Position numbers and translations under genes: made by a program. A stretch of DNA of 64,000 nucleotides from assembly GCF_018350175.1 (NCBI RefSeq), contig NC_058368.1:3410001-3474000 (forward strand), in the 5' to 3' direction. This DNA comes from Felis catus (Eukaryota). Shown one piece after another: positions 1 to 13,704 of the stretch. Position 1 is the stretch's first letter. Each line of letters begins with the position of its first letter. The notes under the pieces were generated by a model. The model was given only the letters and a program-made list of their open reading frames with translations, was not told the origin of the DNA and searched no databases.

Positions 1-87
1 AGCTTCTCAATAATTCAATGGAATAATATGTAGCAGTTAGAAAAGAGTAAGTTAGATCTTTATATATTGACTTAAAAAGAATCTCCA

Positions 88-300
88 GGGGCGCCTGGGT
101 GGCGCAGTCGGTTAAGCGTCCGACTTCAGCCAGGTCACGATCTCGCGCTCCGTGAGTTCGAGCCCCACATCAGGCTCTGGGCTGATGGCTCAGAGCCTGG
201 AGCCTGTTTCCGATTCTGTGTCTCCCTCTCTCTCTGACCCTCCCCCGTTCACGCTCTGTCTCTCTCTGTCCCAAAAATAATAAACGTTGAAAAAAAAAAA
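88..300 (+). mobile_element. Can-SINE (young SINEC_Fc type)
   Basis: GGGGCGCCTGGGTGGCGCAGTCGGTTAAG head, CT tract, poly(A); TSD AAAAAGAATCTCCA at 74-87 and 298-311. Confidence 0.95.
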
Positions 301-2299
301 AAGAATCTCCATCCAATTTGCATTAGAAAAAATGGATATTCCAGAGCCAGTCTTATATATGGTATGATATTCTTGTAAAAATATGTAAGAAAGTTGTACG
401 GTACTAGAGTGTGGCAGAAAATATGTGGTAAGTGATGCATTCAGGTGATGATGGCCACCACTGAAAGGACTGGGTGCGTGGTAGCCGAAAAAGTGTATTT
501 TATTTGTAGTGTCTGATTTTTTTTTTTTACATCTACCCATGACTTCCAATATACTTAAAAATAAAATGTAATAAAATTCAAGCCAAGGAGAAATGAAAAA
601 GAAAACAAATTAAAATTTTAATTTTGTTCAAAATAAAAAGTAAAACGTGTTGAGTTTATATATTAAAGCATTTTTTGAAGTGTTTTTGCCAATATTAGCT
701 TATTTAACAATCCTCATAACGATTCTGTGGACCAGGTACTATTTTTATCCCCATTCTAAAGATTTAGAGAGGACAGGGAGTTTAAGTAGGATCAAATGAG
801 ATAACAGTTTATGCTCTTCATACATTTAAGAGGGAAAGGAGTTAAACAGTAGACAGAGTTAAAAGCAGACAGGCCCTTCTGGGGAAATATTTATTCAGGG
901 CCATCCCTAAGCGATTTCTATAAACATAGGAGAATATGTGGTCCAAATGGAAAACTCTAAAATAGACCTGATGATATAAAACTTAAAATTCAGCCCAGCT
1001 CTGATGGTGAAGGAAAGATCTTATGTACCTGCCATAAACTGCTATGTCCTCATTTCATTATGAGTCTTTGGATGTAGCTGGTTTAGAACAAATCAAGGAG
1101 CCTCATGATTATCCCTACTCTTAAGTTACAGTCTTTTGTAAGATTATCTGCAACCGTCTGCCAAATTCGGGACTCAACTTCCCTCCACCAGCCTGGTAAT
1201 AAATGTAGGTAATTAGTCTAGAGAGCTTTCTAGTGTTCAGTAAGCAGTGCCCATAGATACATCACATGGCAGGACCCATGGAAAGAAGAGCGGGGCACAC
1301 GCCCCAAAGCCACGGGTACCACCGTCACCTCTCTCTGCTCCTGCTTTTGCTTTGTATTCCTTCCTGTTGTCTCTGGCAACACGTATGTCATTATCCTTAT
1401 GCAAGGGACACTGTAGGTGTGTGTGAAGAAGAGAACACTTTCTAGAAGATCCTTTCTACATCTGGTGCGTGAATGATGGACAAATCTAAGAGCGAAAACA
1501 CGTACAAAATCACCACCATACAAGGCAGAGACAGTGAAGTGCATGAATAACGTGAAGTATAATCTTCTTAGAATCAGCAAAATGTTCCAATTGTGTGCCA
1601 TATTTTCCGTAATGACATGCTACTCTGTAATTGCACTTTATTACACATGGTTTCTCAGAATTTTATGAATTTGTAGGACAATAAATAAACAAGAAAATAA
1701 TTCAGCAAGGACAAATAAGGCTGTGGTGGATTTTTCCCTGGAATGTACATTTACACCATTTTTCTTTCCAAACCACATTGTGCATTTGATTCTTTTAAAA
1801 ATGTGTGAAGGAACCAAAATGACAGGTTAGTCTGGATATGATATTGCTCTTGGAGCGATTTATGTGATTTTTTTTTAACTCTTTGATCTTAAATCAAGTT
1901 CACCAACCATAAATCCTAGAACAAAACTAACAGGGCAAGAAAGGCTTCATGGTTGAAATATATATCGATACTCTATAATGTCTTAAAAATCATCTCTTTT
2001 TCTGATAGAAAACTTTTTAAAGACAAAAGTTACAATCCAAGCATTGTGAGTGATTTGTACCAACGTATTCTTAGTATAATTGAAAACTAAATTCAGGGAA
2101 AGTGATCAAATGGATGAAACTTAACAATTTTAACTTTAACAACCAACCTAGTTCAACAGTTTGATCTCAGTTGTTGAAAGACCAAATACACTTTCAAAGT
2201 GGAGCTGGCTACAGATGAAATTGTGATAGGAAAAAATGTTGTTTTTGATGTTGCCATTCTCCAACCTTGCCAAGGATTTCTTTATCCCTGTTCTTTCAG

Positions 2300-2401
2300 C
2301 CTGAAAGGCTGAAAGTTAGTCAGTACTATTCCCTCTCTGAAAAAACTTTTCTCCGGAAAGAGATTCACTCATCTCATTACTTCAGTTCGCAGATAATTCA
2401 G
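2300..2401 (+). pseudogene. Pseudogene A candidate exon (extracellular, REJ-like)
   Basis: Acceptor tttatccctgttctttcag, donor CAG|gtttac; 102 nt open in phase 0: PERLKVSQYYSLSEKTFLRKEIHSSHYFSSQIIQ. Confidence 0.55.
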
Positions 2402-3384
2402 GTTTACGCTAGGCATCGGGGGCGGGGGGTGCAAGTTTGACCAAGGCTTAGCAACTCCTCTCCTAAAGAACCTCCAGTGTCACCTAGGAAAAACTCTGTG
2501 TCCAGCTGGTATGTGACAAGAAGGCAAATTCAGTGTCACCAAAATGATGGTGCATGGCTAGCATGACTGAGAGGGCGTCAGAACAGAGGCATGCTTTTGA
2601 CGGGTCTGGCAGAAGGATCAATTGCACTTTGATAAGCAAATCCACCAGAAATGGCTAAATAAACATATTCTCAGTGTGAACACTAAATATGAAGCATTAT
2701 TCCAAGTGGAAAGAATAGCAGTGCAAAGCAGCACATGTCTACGGAGGGTTTTAGGAACCTAAAACTGAACCTAAGAAGTTGGGGCACAAATGAATAGGCA
2801 CCTGAGTGTTTGAGTAGAGGTTTCAGATTCCTGGGACTTAAAGTCTGTCTTAGGGAAACGGTGAAGGTTTATTAAGAGAAAATTAGCACGATGAACGCTC
2901 TGCTTTTGGAAGGCTAATATCCTAGCCCTGCACACTGGGCGGAAGGAAGAGAACATTTTTGGAAGAGATGCCATTTTGAATGGCTGCCGAGGCTGCCAGG
3001 TAGCAGTGGGATCAGAGCAGGGTGTCTCTACGAGAACCAGAGAGAAAATCTGACAAAATTTAGCACTGCTGACGTCTTCTTCCGATTGCTACTTAACATC
3101 CTGATTCATCGCCCTGCTTGTTGTTCTGTGCCATCGTTATCATCATAGGTAGTTTCATCAGTGGCCTTGGACAAGGTAGTTTCATTCATCTCCATCTCCA
3201 ATCTGTCCAATCTGTCCACTTCCCTGCCTTCTTCTGCTCCACTAGAATTTGCAGATACGTTTCCTCAAATCACTCCCCCTTCCTGCCAATTCAGTCGCTT
3301 TGCTGTCATCCACGGTTGCAATTGTATTTCCAGGCATTTATGGGTGCTGACTGTATATTTAACCTTTATTCCCTGTCCTATTAG

Positions 3385-3491
3385 GTTGAGAACAGGGTGA
3401 TTTTTAGTAACGGATGCATGAACAAGCCCCCATGTGCGTAACTACTATGTGGATGAGTGTGTCTTTAACTGATAAGTGGAAAATTACAACG
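3385..3491 (+). pseudogene. Pseudogene A candidate exon (frameshifted)
   Basis: Acceptor ccctgtcctattag, donor G|gtgaga; VENRVIFSNGCMNKP then frameshifted HVRNYYVDECVF; no frame fully open. Confidence 0.45.
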
Positions 3492-4207
3492 GTGAGAGAG
3501 CAGATACGAGTATAAAATACCCTCGTATTTGTATGTCTTTTAATGTGAGAAATATTGTGTTTGTCAGGTCATTCAGCGCTGCGCTTTGTTGAATAACACA
3601 TTCCTAGAAATTTATCTAAAACCAGATGTGAGGAACTTGAACTGTGGGTTTGAAAGTTTAAAAGGGGATTCTATTCTTTGAGAACTAAAAGGCATTTGAA
3701 AAATCCCTATTTTAGCATCTTTACTTTTAGATTTTAGGCAGATTTGTTGATTTTCTTATAGAGATCTGAATTTTATTCCTCCAACTGAACCCAGAATCAT
3801 TGCATTCATTTCAATAAGTATCCAACTATGAATGAATTTTTTTTTTTTTGCTTCTGACACACCTTAAGATGTCTACATTCGCCTCAATGACACTGCTGAG
3901 GCCATCTGTTTCCCACTAGGGTCGGCACTTTTAGTATTCTGCTCCACATATTTTCATATGTAATAATATTAAAGAAAAATTCAGTGCAATTTCTGATTAG
4001 TTGAGTAATTCCAATTTGATATATCAATATGGTAACTGCAGCTATAGGCTGCGAGACATCAAGCTTTTGGGGGAGAATAGTCTTTGAAATCTATAAAAGT
4101 TTCTAATTTTGCATAAGGAAAGCGCCTTAAGTACATCAATATATAATAGCAAAAATTCAAGTTCTTGAAACTGAACATACAAAAAATAAGCTTTCTCTCT
4201 CCCCAAA

Positions 4208-4363
4208 CTGGCACACATGGTCTTGGAAAAATATGCTACGTATGAATCAAAGAACAAGAGAGCTATACAGGGTTTTAACGATTTGTCGCCCAAAAGCCTG
4301 TTTTGAGAATGAATAAACCGAGACCCATACAGGTAGAGAGATTGGCAGAAGATAATGTTCTTT
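4208..4363 (+). pseudogene. Pseudogene A candidate exon (stops, mutated acceptor)
   Basis: Pyrimidine tract ctttctctctccccaa lacks AG; donor T|gtaagg; GTHGLGKICYV*IKEQESYTGF*RFVAQKPVLRMNKPRPIQVERLAEDNVL. Confidence 0.4.
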
Positions 4364-6984
4364 GTAAGGTACATAATGGATATGTGCTAAAGTAAGCAGG
4401 AAGAAAAGAATGTGCTTTGACTTTTTTATATGAAACTAACATTGCACTTTTAAGCTTCTAAATTTGATTTTTTTTAATTGTGGCAAAATACACATTATGT
4501 AACACTGGCCATCTTAACCACGTTTTCTAAATTTGGTTTTAAGCACTCATGACTTGGGTCTCTGCCACAGCGTCTAAGACACAGCTCTGAAATGAGTACT
4601 GTGTCTTGTTATGCGGGCTACCGCTAGACGGGGAGTGTCGTTAACAGATCAGAAAACTTTAGTTTTAATAAATGTCAACTTATCATTTTCTTTCTGTTCT
4701 GCCCATGCTTTTGGCGTTATATCTAGGAAGTTATCACTGTGCCCTCAGTCACCTAGATTTTCTCCTACATTTTCTTCTACAAGTGTTATAGTTTCGAAAT
4801 TTGCATTCTTGTCTATGATCCATTTGGAGTTAAATTTTGTGAAAGTTTGAGTACTGTGTTTAGATTCATTTTTTTAAACATGAATGTACCAGCATCATTG
4901 TAAAGAGGACAATCCTTTCTCTAATGAATTTCAGCTCTGCTCCTTGGTCAAAGGTCAGTTGACTATATTCATGGGTGTTTCTTTCTGAGCTTTCTGTGCA
5001 GTTCCATTAATCTATTTATCTATTCTTTCGCCAAAACTCTACTGTCTCAATTACTTAAATGTTAAAGTAGTATTTGAAGCTGATCGTGCCAGTCATCCAA
5101 CTTGGTTCTTCAATATTGGGATAAGTATTTCCGGCATTTTGTCTTTATAAACTTCAGATTTAGTCTGTTGATGCCCACCAAGTAACTTGCTGACATTCTG
5201 ATTGTGTTGAATCTATAGATCAAGGTGGGAAGAACTGATATCCTAATGATATCGAGTCTTCATATACATAAACATGGAATTTCTCTCCATTTATTTAGGC
5301 CTTCTTTAATTTCTTTTATCCTAATTTTGTATTTTGCCTCATACACATCTTGTGCATATTTTCTTAGACTTATGTCTAACTGCCTTGAGGTCTCCCTAGT
5401 GTGTTGTTTTAAATTTCAAGTTCCAATAGTTCAGTGCTGGTGTATAGGAAAACAACTTATGTGTGTAGATCAGTCTTGTAAATTACAACTTTACTATAGT
5501 TGTATATTAGTTCGAGAAGGTTTTTTTTTTTCTTATCAGGCTTTGGCACGTTCTACATTTATCTTCTACAATGTAGCTTTCTTCTCTTATTTTTATTATG
5601 TCTTTTTTATACTTGCTCTAGGTATAAATTATGATTTCCCTAATGCCCCAAGAGGGAAGTTTGATTACTGATTTTAGATCTTCCTTCTTTTCTAGTAAAT
5701 GTGCTCCATGCTGTAAATTTCCCTGTCAGCAATGCCTTCACTGCATCACACACATTTTGATAAGGAGTGTTTTAAATCTTGTGTAGTTCAAATTTTTATA
5801 AAAAGCTATCTTGAGACTTCCTTTACTCATGTGATATTTAGAAATGAGTTGTTTAATGTCCATATATTGGGGATCTTCGGACTCTCTTTCTGTTACCAGT
5901 TTTTAATTTAATTCTAATTGTGGCCAGAGAACATACTTTGTGCGATTTCTATTCTTTGACATTAGGTATGTTTATGGCCTAGAATGCAGTCTATCTTGGT
6001 GCATGCTCCAGGTAAGCTTGAGAAGAATTTGTACTGTTTTTGAATGGAAAATTCTATAAATGTCAATTAGATCAAGTTGATGATAGTGCTATTCAGGTCT
6101 GCTGTGGCCTTGCTGATTTTCTGGCCACTCGATATATCAATTAATGGAAGAAGAACATTGCATTCTCCAGATATAATAGTGGATTTGTCTATTTTCCCTT
6201 GCAGCTGTGTCATATTTTGCCTTATGTATTTTGATTTTCTCTTGTTAGGTGCATACACATTAAGGAATGCTACCTCCTTGGAGAATTGACTTTTTTTTTA
6301 ATTAGTATGTGGTGTCTCTCTTTTTTACCTGATAATTCCCCTTGTGCTGAAGTCTGTTTTGTAGGAAATTAATATTGCTATGCCAACTTTCTTTTTATTA
6401 GTGTTAGTATGATACATATTTCCCCACCTCTTCTCACCTGTGTCTCTATATTAAAAGGGGGGTTCTCATAAACAACTTAGAGGGGGGCCTTTTTTTTTTC
6501 AAATGCGCTGTAACAACCTGTCTTTAATTAATGCATTAAGACTATTCACATTTAAAGCGATTATTGACATAGTTGGATTAGCAGCTACCATGTTTGCAAC
6601 TGGTTTTTATTTATTGTTCTTTCTCTCCTTATATTTTTTGCCTTCTCTGGATTTAATTTACCACTTTATGGGATTCTGTTTTCTCTCAGCATGTCAGTTA
6701 GACTTATTTCAAAAAGCTAGTTTCCAAAAGTTTGCAATATGCACTTATAACTAACTTAATTTTATTTTCAAATAACACTCTTGCCATTCTATGGGTATTG
6801 CAGGTGTCTGATTGCAGAGTATTCCACATCCACCCTCCCATCACTGACAAAATCACTCTCATTATTTCCACTTTACCATATGCTAAATCACACAACACAT
6901 TGTTATTACTTTGAGCGAACGTTTCTGTATTAAATCAATTAAGAGTAAAATAAATGAAAGATTTTACTTATTTCTTCTCCACTG

Positions 6985-7017
6985 CTTTTTTCTTTCTTTC
7001 TTTCTTTCTTTCCTTCC

Positions 7018-7057
<40 letters not shown>

Positions 7058-7079
7058 TCCTTTCTCTTTCTTTCTTTCC

Positions 7080-7119
<40 letters not shown>

Positions 7120-7141
7120 TCCTTTCTCTTTCTTTCTTTCC

Positions 7142-7176
<35 letters not shown>

Positions 7177-7194
7177 CTTTCTTTCTTTCTTTCC

Positions 7195-7237
<43 letters not shown>

Positions 7238-7270
7238 CTCTTTCTTTCTTTCTCTCTTTCTTTTCTTTCT
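6985..7270. repeat. (TTTC)n compound microsatellite
   Basis: Nearly pure T/C tract; source of the spurious FFLS and KKER ORFs. Confidence 0.95.
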
Positions 7271-7416
7271 AAAATGTGGATCCAAGTTTCTGACCTATAA
7301 CATGTCCCTTCTGTGCGAAGAACATTTTTTACCATTTCTCCCAGGGCAGGTCTGCTGGTGGTGAATTCTCTCAATTTTTATTTGTCTGAGGAAGTCTCTA
7401 CTTTTCCTTCATTTTT

Positions 7417-7639
7417 TAAAATAAAATTTAATGTCTATTTACTTTTGAGAGACAGAGACAGAGACAGAACGTGGGGGAGGGGCAGAGAGAGAGAGAGAGA
7501 GAGACGGCAGAATCCGAAGCAGCCTCCAGGCTCTGAGCTGCCAGCACAGAGCCCGATGTGGGGCTCAAACTCACAAATTGGGAAATCATGACCTGAGACA
7601 AAGTCGGGCACCCAACCAACTGAGCCACCCAGGCGCCCC
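7417..7639 (-). mobile_element. Can-SINE
   Basis: Antisense SINE ending ccacccaggcgcccc; TSD CTACTTTTCCTTCATTTTT. Confidence 0.93.
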
Positions 7640-8876
7640 TACTTTTCCTTCATTTTTGAAGATTTATTTCTTTTTATATAGAATTCAGGGTTAGTGGGTT
7701 ATTTTTTTCCTTTCAGCATTTCAAATACACCATTCTATTTTCTTCTTGCTTGAATAGTTTCTGATAAGAAGTGTGTTGGTCTTTTTCCTCTAAAGATAAT
7801 GGGCTTTTCCTCTTCCATCTTTCAAAAATTTCTCTTTGTCTTTGGTTTTCTGCAGTTTGAATGTGATGTGCCTAAGTATAGATATTTTGGTGTTTATTCT
7901 GTGTGGTGTTCTCTGAGTTTCATGACTCTATTTTTTGATATCTGTCATAATTTTGGAAAATTCTTGGCTGTTTTCAATTCAAATATTTCTTCTTTCTTTC
8001 TTTTCCTTTTAGTATTCTAGTTATGTGTATGTCACATCTTTTGAAAATATCCCACTTTCTTGGATATCATGTTCCCATTCTCTTTTATTCTCTATCATGT
8101 TCTCGTTCTCCTTTATATTTGTATTTCAGTTTGTAACGTCTATAATGACATTACTTCAAGTTCAGTGATACTATTTCCTTAGCCACATATAGCCTATTGA
8201 GGAGCCTCTTAGGCATTCTTTTTCTCTGCTACAATGTTTTTGGTTTGTAGCATTGCCTTTTGATTATTTCTTAGGCACATCACCCTCTCTCTCTGCTCAC
8301 ATCACCCATGTATTCTTACATATTGTCCACTTTTCCATTAGACACGTTAGCATATTAATTAGTTATTTCAAAATATTGACATGAAAATTCCAAAATCTCT
8401 TCCATTTTTGATTCTGGCCTGCTTCGTTTCTGCAAACTGTTTCCGTCCTCGAGATGCCTTGTAATTATGTTTTGAAAGCCGAAAATGATATACTGAGCGG
8501 AAGGAACTGTGGCAAATGGGTCTTCAGTGGGAGATTTTATACTTATCTGGGTAGGACTTAGGCTGTGCTTACTGTTTGCTGTGACTGTAGGGGTCAGAGA
8601 CTAACATTTCCTGTGGCGTCCATGTTTTTGTCTCCTCTATTGGGTTGGGGTTTCCATAGAGACTCCTTAGTAAACAGAGTCTATACTTTGTAGCTGTTGG
8701 GTCTGAATACACCCTAATTATTCAGGACCCCGTTAATGTGACAGTAAGGAGTGGTGACAGTAAGGAGTGGGGGAGTGGAAGCATTCTATAATCTTATGAC
8801 TACATTTCAGCTTTTTTGTGTCCTTTGGCTGTGTTTTCCACAACTATTTCTTACCTTTTTTCTAACCTCCTTTCTT

Positions 8877-9111
8877 TTTTTTCTTTTTTTTTTTTAATTT
8901 TTTTTCAACGTTTTTTATTTATTTTTGGGACAGAGAGAAACAGAGCATGAACGGGGGAGGGGCAGAGAGAGAGGGAGACACAGCATTGGAAACAGGCTCC
9001 AGGCTCCGAGCCATCAGCCCAGAGCCTGACGCGGGGCTCGAACCCCCGGACCGCGAGATCGTGACCTGGCTGAAGTCGGACGCTTAACCGACTGCGCCAC
9101 CCAGGCACCCC
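8877..9111 (-). mobile_element. Can-SINE (young)
   Basis: Full-length antisense copy; TSD TCTAACC(T/C)CCTTTCTT. Confidence 0.95.
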
Positions 9112-9924
9112 TCTAACCCCCTTTCTTAGGTGAGACAGGAAGGCTAGAGTTGGCTGGAGCTGGGTTTGCCCTTCAACCTTGTAAGACAACACTCTGGTGA
9201 CTTCTTTCGCTGGAGAGTAAGCTCTTCTTATAGAAAAGAGTGGGCATATTTCAAAATAAATAGTGTTTTCCTCATAACAAAGACACGAGATGAGTTTTCT
9301 TGTCCCTGCATGAGAACTTGCTGGGGTCCATTCAGTTAAATTCCAAGAGATTATGGAGGATTCACAGAGACTGAGCCTTCAGAAGTCCCTCACTATTGTT
9401 CTAGTCCAAACCCACCCTCCCACACTTCATCAAATCACTCTTTGTGTCCACTAGTCTGTGCCTTCAGTGGTTTCTGCTCTGGGTAAGCTCGTCTTGACTA
9501 TGTTTCCCTGATTTTGCTTGTATCACCAGATTTGGGGGTGGGGTGGGGCGGTGGTGGCAGCTGCAAACTTAATTCTCTGATGGCTTCAAGAAAAGCCTCT
9601 GATTTAAGGTTTTTGTTTTTGTTTTTGTTTTTCAGCTTTTCTCTTACTGTGAGTGTGAGAGCAATGATTTCCAAGCTTTTTACCTGTTGGTGCTGAAACC
9701 GGAAATCTTGTGCACTTTTTTTTTTATGTAGTATTTTTCAAAAACACTAGCATTGTGGTTAACATCTGGTTAGTAGATTAAAATTTTGTGGTTAGGAAAG
9801 TATTTTTTAAAGTACAAGGCTGAGAGATCAATCCATAAAACTTTGCACACATGAACGAGTGTTCCATGGAGAAAGATCCCTTTAGCAATTTGGGAGGGAG
9901 TGTCATAAATCCCATTTCTCACAG

Positions 9925-10056
9925 GTGATATTGTTCATCACAGCTAGAAAGAAAATATATCGTCTAAACAAACCATTTCCCTATTGGTTGAGTTAACGGA
10001 GACGTCACTATTTTCTTATAAAGGAATTTATCTTTTGAGGAACAAAACTTGGACAA
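9925..10056 (+). pseudogene. Pseudogene A candidate exon
   Basis: Acceptor cccatttctcacag, donor A|gtgagg; DIVHHS*KENISSKQTISLLVELTETSLFSYKGIYLLRNKTWT; phase fits the 4208-4363 segment. Confidence 0.45.
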
Positions 10057-10182
10057 GTGAGGCACTTATCTGAAGCTCAAAATCTGAGACATCAAAAAAT
10101 GACTAATCACAATAAACAATATTTTACTGCAATATTTTAAATAGAGATGAATGGGAAAATTCGAAATAAACACAAAATAAAA

Positions 10183-10184
10183 AT

Positions 10185-10224
<40 letters not shown>

Positions 10225-10405
10225 TGTTTATTCATTTTTGAGAGACAGAGCACAAACAGGGGTGGAGGAAGACACAGGATGTGAAGCAGGCTCCAGGCTC
10301 TGAGCTGTCAACCCAGAGCCTGATGTGGGCTCGAACTCACGATCCATGAGACCATGACCTGAGCCGAAGTCGGACGCTTAACCAACTGATCCACCCAGGC
10401 GCCCC
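10183..10405 (-). mobile_element. Can-SINE with (TTTA)n tail
   Basis: Antisense SINE body ending ccacccaggcgcccc. Confidence 0.92.
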
Positions 10406-11044
10406 ATCATAATGTATTTAAATTAAGAAACAGTGCAATACAGAGCCATATTGGAGCCTAAGACAAAAGACAAAATCTTGATCGTTTTGGCCCTTAAATT
10501 TTGTGCCCTACCTAAGTGTCTTACTTTCATTCCAGCCCTGGTGGGGAATGTTCACTCATTAGACAGCAGAAAGAATGCACTTAAATGTGTATATTAGAGA
10601 TGACAAAATCGAGGTATTTAGAGACAAATAAGCTTTCTTCCCTACATAGTTTAATATCATTATCATTTGGAATACAATATAGCTACATGGAAAAAAAACT
10701 CTTTTGTTGATTTTTTTTAATAGAAAGCTATGATTTCATACAGTAGGTCTTCACAAATTGAAAATAATATTGATATGGTGCTAAATGTTTTATGTATCTC
10801 CCTCTGTCTCTGCACACATACGTACACATTCACACACACACATACAAGTATTACAACTGTAATCAGAGATTGAAAACTAGACATCCCCATCAAAAGGAAT
10901 TTTCTTTGGCTTACTTCCCTCTGTAGCTTCTGGTCTACCCATGACATTGTGCTCTCCCTTTCCCTCAGGACCTTGCCACCTGTTCTTTCCTCAGGTTGTT
11001 CTCTGATTTTCTTTATATAAGAAAAACTATCTGTTAAGTGTCTC

Positions 11045-11272
11045 ATATATATGTATATATGTGTGTGTGTGTATATATATACATATATATACACACTGTA
11101 TATATATTGTATATATACTGTGTTTGTGTATATATATATACTGTATATATACAGTATATATAGCACATATATGTATATGTGTATATATATACTATATATA
11201 TAGTACAAAGTATATATACACATATACATACATATACACATATATAAAGTATGTGTGTATATATATATATAT
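11045..11272. repeat. (TA/TG/CA)n low-complexity microsatellite
   Basis: Alternating purine-pyrimidine run. Confidence 0.9.
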
Positions 11273-11803
11273 AGTGCAAAGGGTAAAATGATTAAACTAT
11301 ATATTAAATTAAATGTCAGCTGTCCTCCCGCAGAGTTAGTTGGTGGGCCAGAGGCAGACTGAGCACATGTGACTAAGTACTGAACCGAGCAGCCTTGTGA
11401 AGCACAGGTGTTGAGAAACGAGACAACTAGAAAGAACAGAGTCTCTTTTGTAAGTGTGCCTGGATGATAATCAGGACAACATTATTTTTCAGAACTTTTA
11501 TCTCCATAAAGTGCTCTACAGCAATAAAGGGAAGAGGCTGTAATTATCTGAATTTTATAGATGGACAGGGTACATAGAGTACTTCTAAACTCATACACTC
11601 AGAGATGACATACTTAGCTTAAAAACGTGTATGAATTTAAATTGTGGCGTTTCAAGTCAGATGGTTAGGTCTGCATCTGAAACCAGTCCATGCAGACAGC
11701 TTTGGGGAATCAAAGCTCCTGATCGCACTATAACATTCTTTTGTCTCTTTTTATCATGTTTTGTTGATGTCTTATAAACTGCATGTTGGCTTTCTATTTT
11801 CAG

Positions 11804-12114
11804 GAAATATTGACCTCAGGGCACCTGGGTGGCTCAGTCGGTAAAGCTTCCGACTTCGGCTCAAGTCATGATCTTGGGGTTCGTGAGTTCGAGCCCCGCG
11901 TGGGGCTCTGAGCTGACAGCTCGGAGCCGGGAGTGTGCTTTGGATTCTGTGTCTCCCTCTCTCTCTGCCCCTTCCCCGCTCATGATCTGTCTCTCTCTCT
12001 GTCAAAAAATAAATAAACGCTTAAAAAAAAAGAAATACTGATCACGAGTCCAATTTTGCCATTATGGAAAACAACAAAGGAGGACTTCAGCCCTACACAC
12101 AATCATGTTATTTA
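11804..12114 (+). pseudogene. Pseudogene A candidate exon split by a SINE
   Basis: Acceptor tttctattttcag at 11803, SINE 11819-12031 follows 15 nt later; remainder reads NTDHESNFAIMENNKGGLQPYTQSCYL; donor uncertain. Confidence 0.35.
11819..12031 (+). mobile_element. Can-SINE
   Basis: SINE head, CT tract, poly(A); degenerate TSD gaaatattgacctc / gaaatactgatcac. Confidence 0.92.
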
Positions 12115-12308
12115 GGCATATGAATCATAGAACATGTAAATAAAAATATCATCACCATGTATAAAGGTAGGGAACAAAGACCTAAATTCCAAGTATTAAA
12201 TTCCGTGGTTTGTGGGTTTGGTCAAAAGCCTTTATCAATCATAATACTTTCAGGATTCTCTCCACAAGCTGCAAAGATGACCAAAAGAGTGTGGGAGACT
12301 AGGAGAGA

Positions 12309-12342
<34 letters not shown>

Positions 12343-12757
12343 TAGGCATGAGGCCCAAAATAAAATGAATAAATGCAAGAAGGAATCAAATCCAGAGCAA
12401 GGGCTTTTTCACTTCATAAATTACCATCTTGATGTAAATTCAATACGAGCAAATTCAATACACAAGCAATGCAAAGAATTTTCGTGGGTGGGAAAGGCTG
12501 AGAGAAGAGATCAAGCAACAGTGTCAGTAGCTCTGGATAGTCTGATAATGGCCCCGGGTTTCAAGCCCATACGTAAATACATTTCTCACATAGCTTAGCC
12601 TACCCGGGTGTTACATCTCACAGGAACGGTATACTCCTTGCGCCCGTTTTGTTTCTAAGTGGAATCTTGAAAGATCGTTCTAAGTAAAATGCTGGCAAAA
12701 GCATAGCCCCATCACTAAGTGTCCCTGTCATCTTGTCTTTTATGTGATTGGTTGCAG

Positions 12758-12852
12758 ATGTTTCTTTGAAGAAAAAAAAAATGCTTCCTCGTCTTTGTCG
12801 CTCAACCTACCGTCAGTTCACACTCAGGGGCCAGTTGGGAGAAATATTGAAC
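12758..12852 (+). pseudogene. Pseudogene A candidate exon
   Basis: Acceptor ttggttgcag, weak donor gtacc; open frame VSLKKKKMLPRLCRSTYRQFTLRGQLGEILN. Confidence 0.3.
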
Positions 12853-13570
12853 GTACCACTTGGCTATTGGGATCTAGCTTTTAATTTTACATTTCCTTAT
12901 CTCAACTTACTGGTGCTTATTTTGTAAAGGAAAGTTCCAAGTGATTTCAGACTGTAAAATAAGTTAATAATCTTAGATAACTTTATATCATATATATGTG
13001 TGTGTGTGTGTATTTATATATCTAATATCTTAGATAACTTTATGGAACTTGAGATTAAACTTTAACACATTTTTTATTCAAATACAAGAGATACCAGATA
13101 TACTCAAACCCAAGACCAAGTTGAATTCAAAGTAGATTTGGACTGGGGCAGCATGAATATTACTTAATCATATCTTTTAACACAAATATAAAAGGAAGGT
13201 TGTAACAACTGGGTGCTTACTTAAGTGAATGAAAACAAACAAGGGTTGTTCTTTTGTTGTTATCGTGTATGATTAAAAGTTGTATAAGCAGGGACGTGTT
13301 ATCATAATGTAATACACTGGTTTATTGTAATATTTGCATAGTCATATTACTGTATACTATGATTATTAATTTACCAGAAAAGGTGCTGTAAGTATACTGG
13401 GAGATCGGAAGGGGGTAGTTTATGTGAATTAATGGCTATGAGGATTGTATAAAATAGATTAAAATCTCAACCTCAATAATAGAAAAGTAATAGATATCAC
13501 TTAAAAGTTAAAAATCAAGAAATAGTTTTCTAAGCATTTTATTTGGGAATGTGGTGGCCAATTACATTAG

Positions 13571-13666
13571 AAACAGCTGAAAAATGTGAATGAATAGAAC
13601 AAAATTGGGGCGATGGGCAGAGGACCATCATTTTTTTTTTTAATTTTTTTAATGTTACTTATTTTT

Positions 13667-13704
<38 letters not shown>

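Larger units (their letters stand above)
4610..9715 (-). mobile_element. Old, fragmented LINE-1 (ORF2, ORF1 and 5'UTR remnants) with nested SINEs and microsatellite
   Basis: ORF 6067-6258 MYAPNKRKSKYIRQ...STIISGECN is an L1 endonuclease remnant; typical antisense L1 text throughout. Confidence 0.85.

Noticed and set aside
88..170. tRNA-like A/B boxes
   Set aside because: Heads of tRNA-derived SINEs, not tRNA genes.
190..549. ORFs ending in GAEREGDTESETGSRL-like peptides (many in the window)
   Set aside because: Read-through into Can-SINE sequence; not genes.
1077..1195. Possible additional upstream exon of pseudogene A
   Set aside because: Plausible AG/GT boundaries but no recognisable motif in any frame, so left out of the model.
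6911..7374. Long ORFs rich in FFLS or KKER (also 22647-22971 and 42900-43268)
   Set aside because: Translations of (TTTC)n microsatellites.
10717..11291. 174-aa and overlapping Y/I-rich ORFs
   Set aside because: Arise from TA/TG low-complexity sequence.
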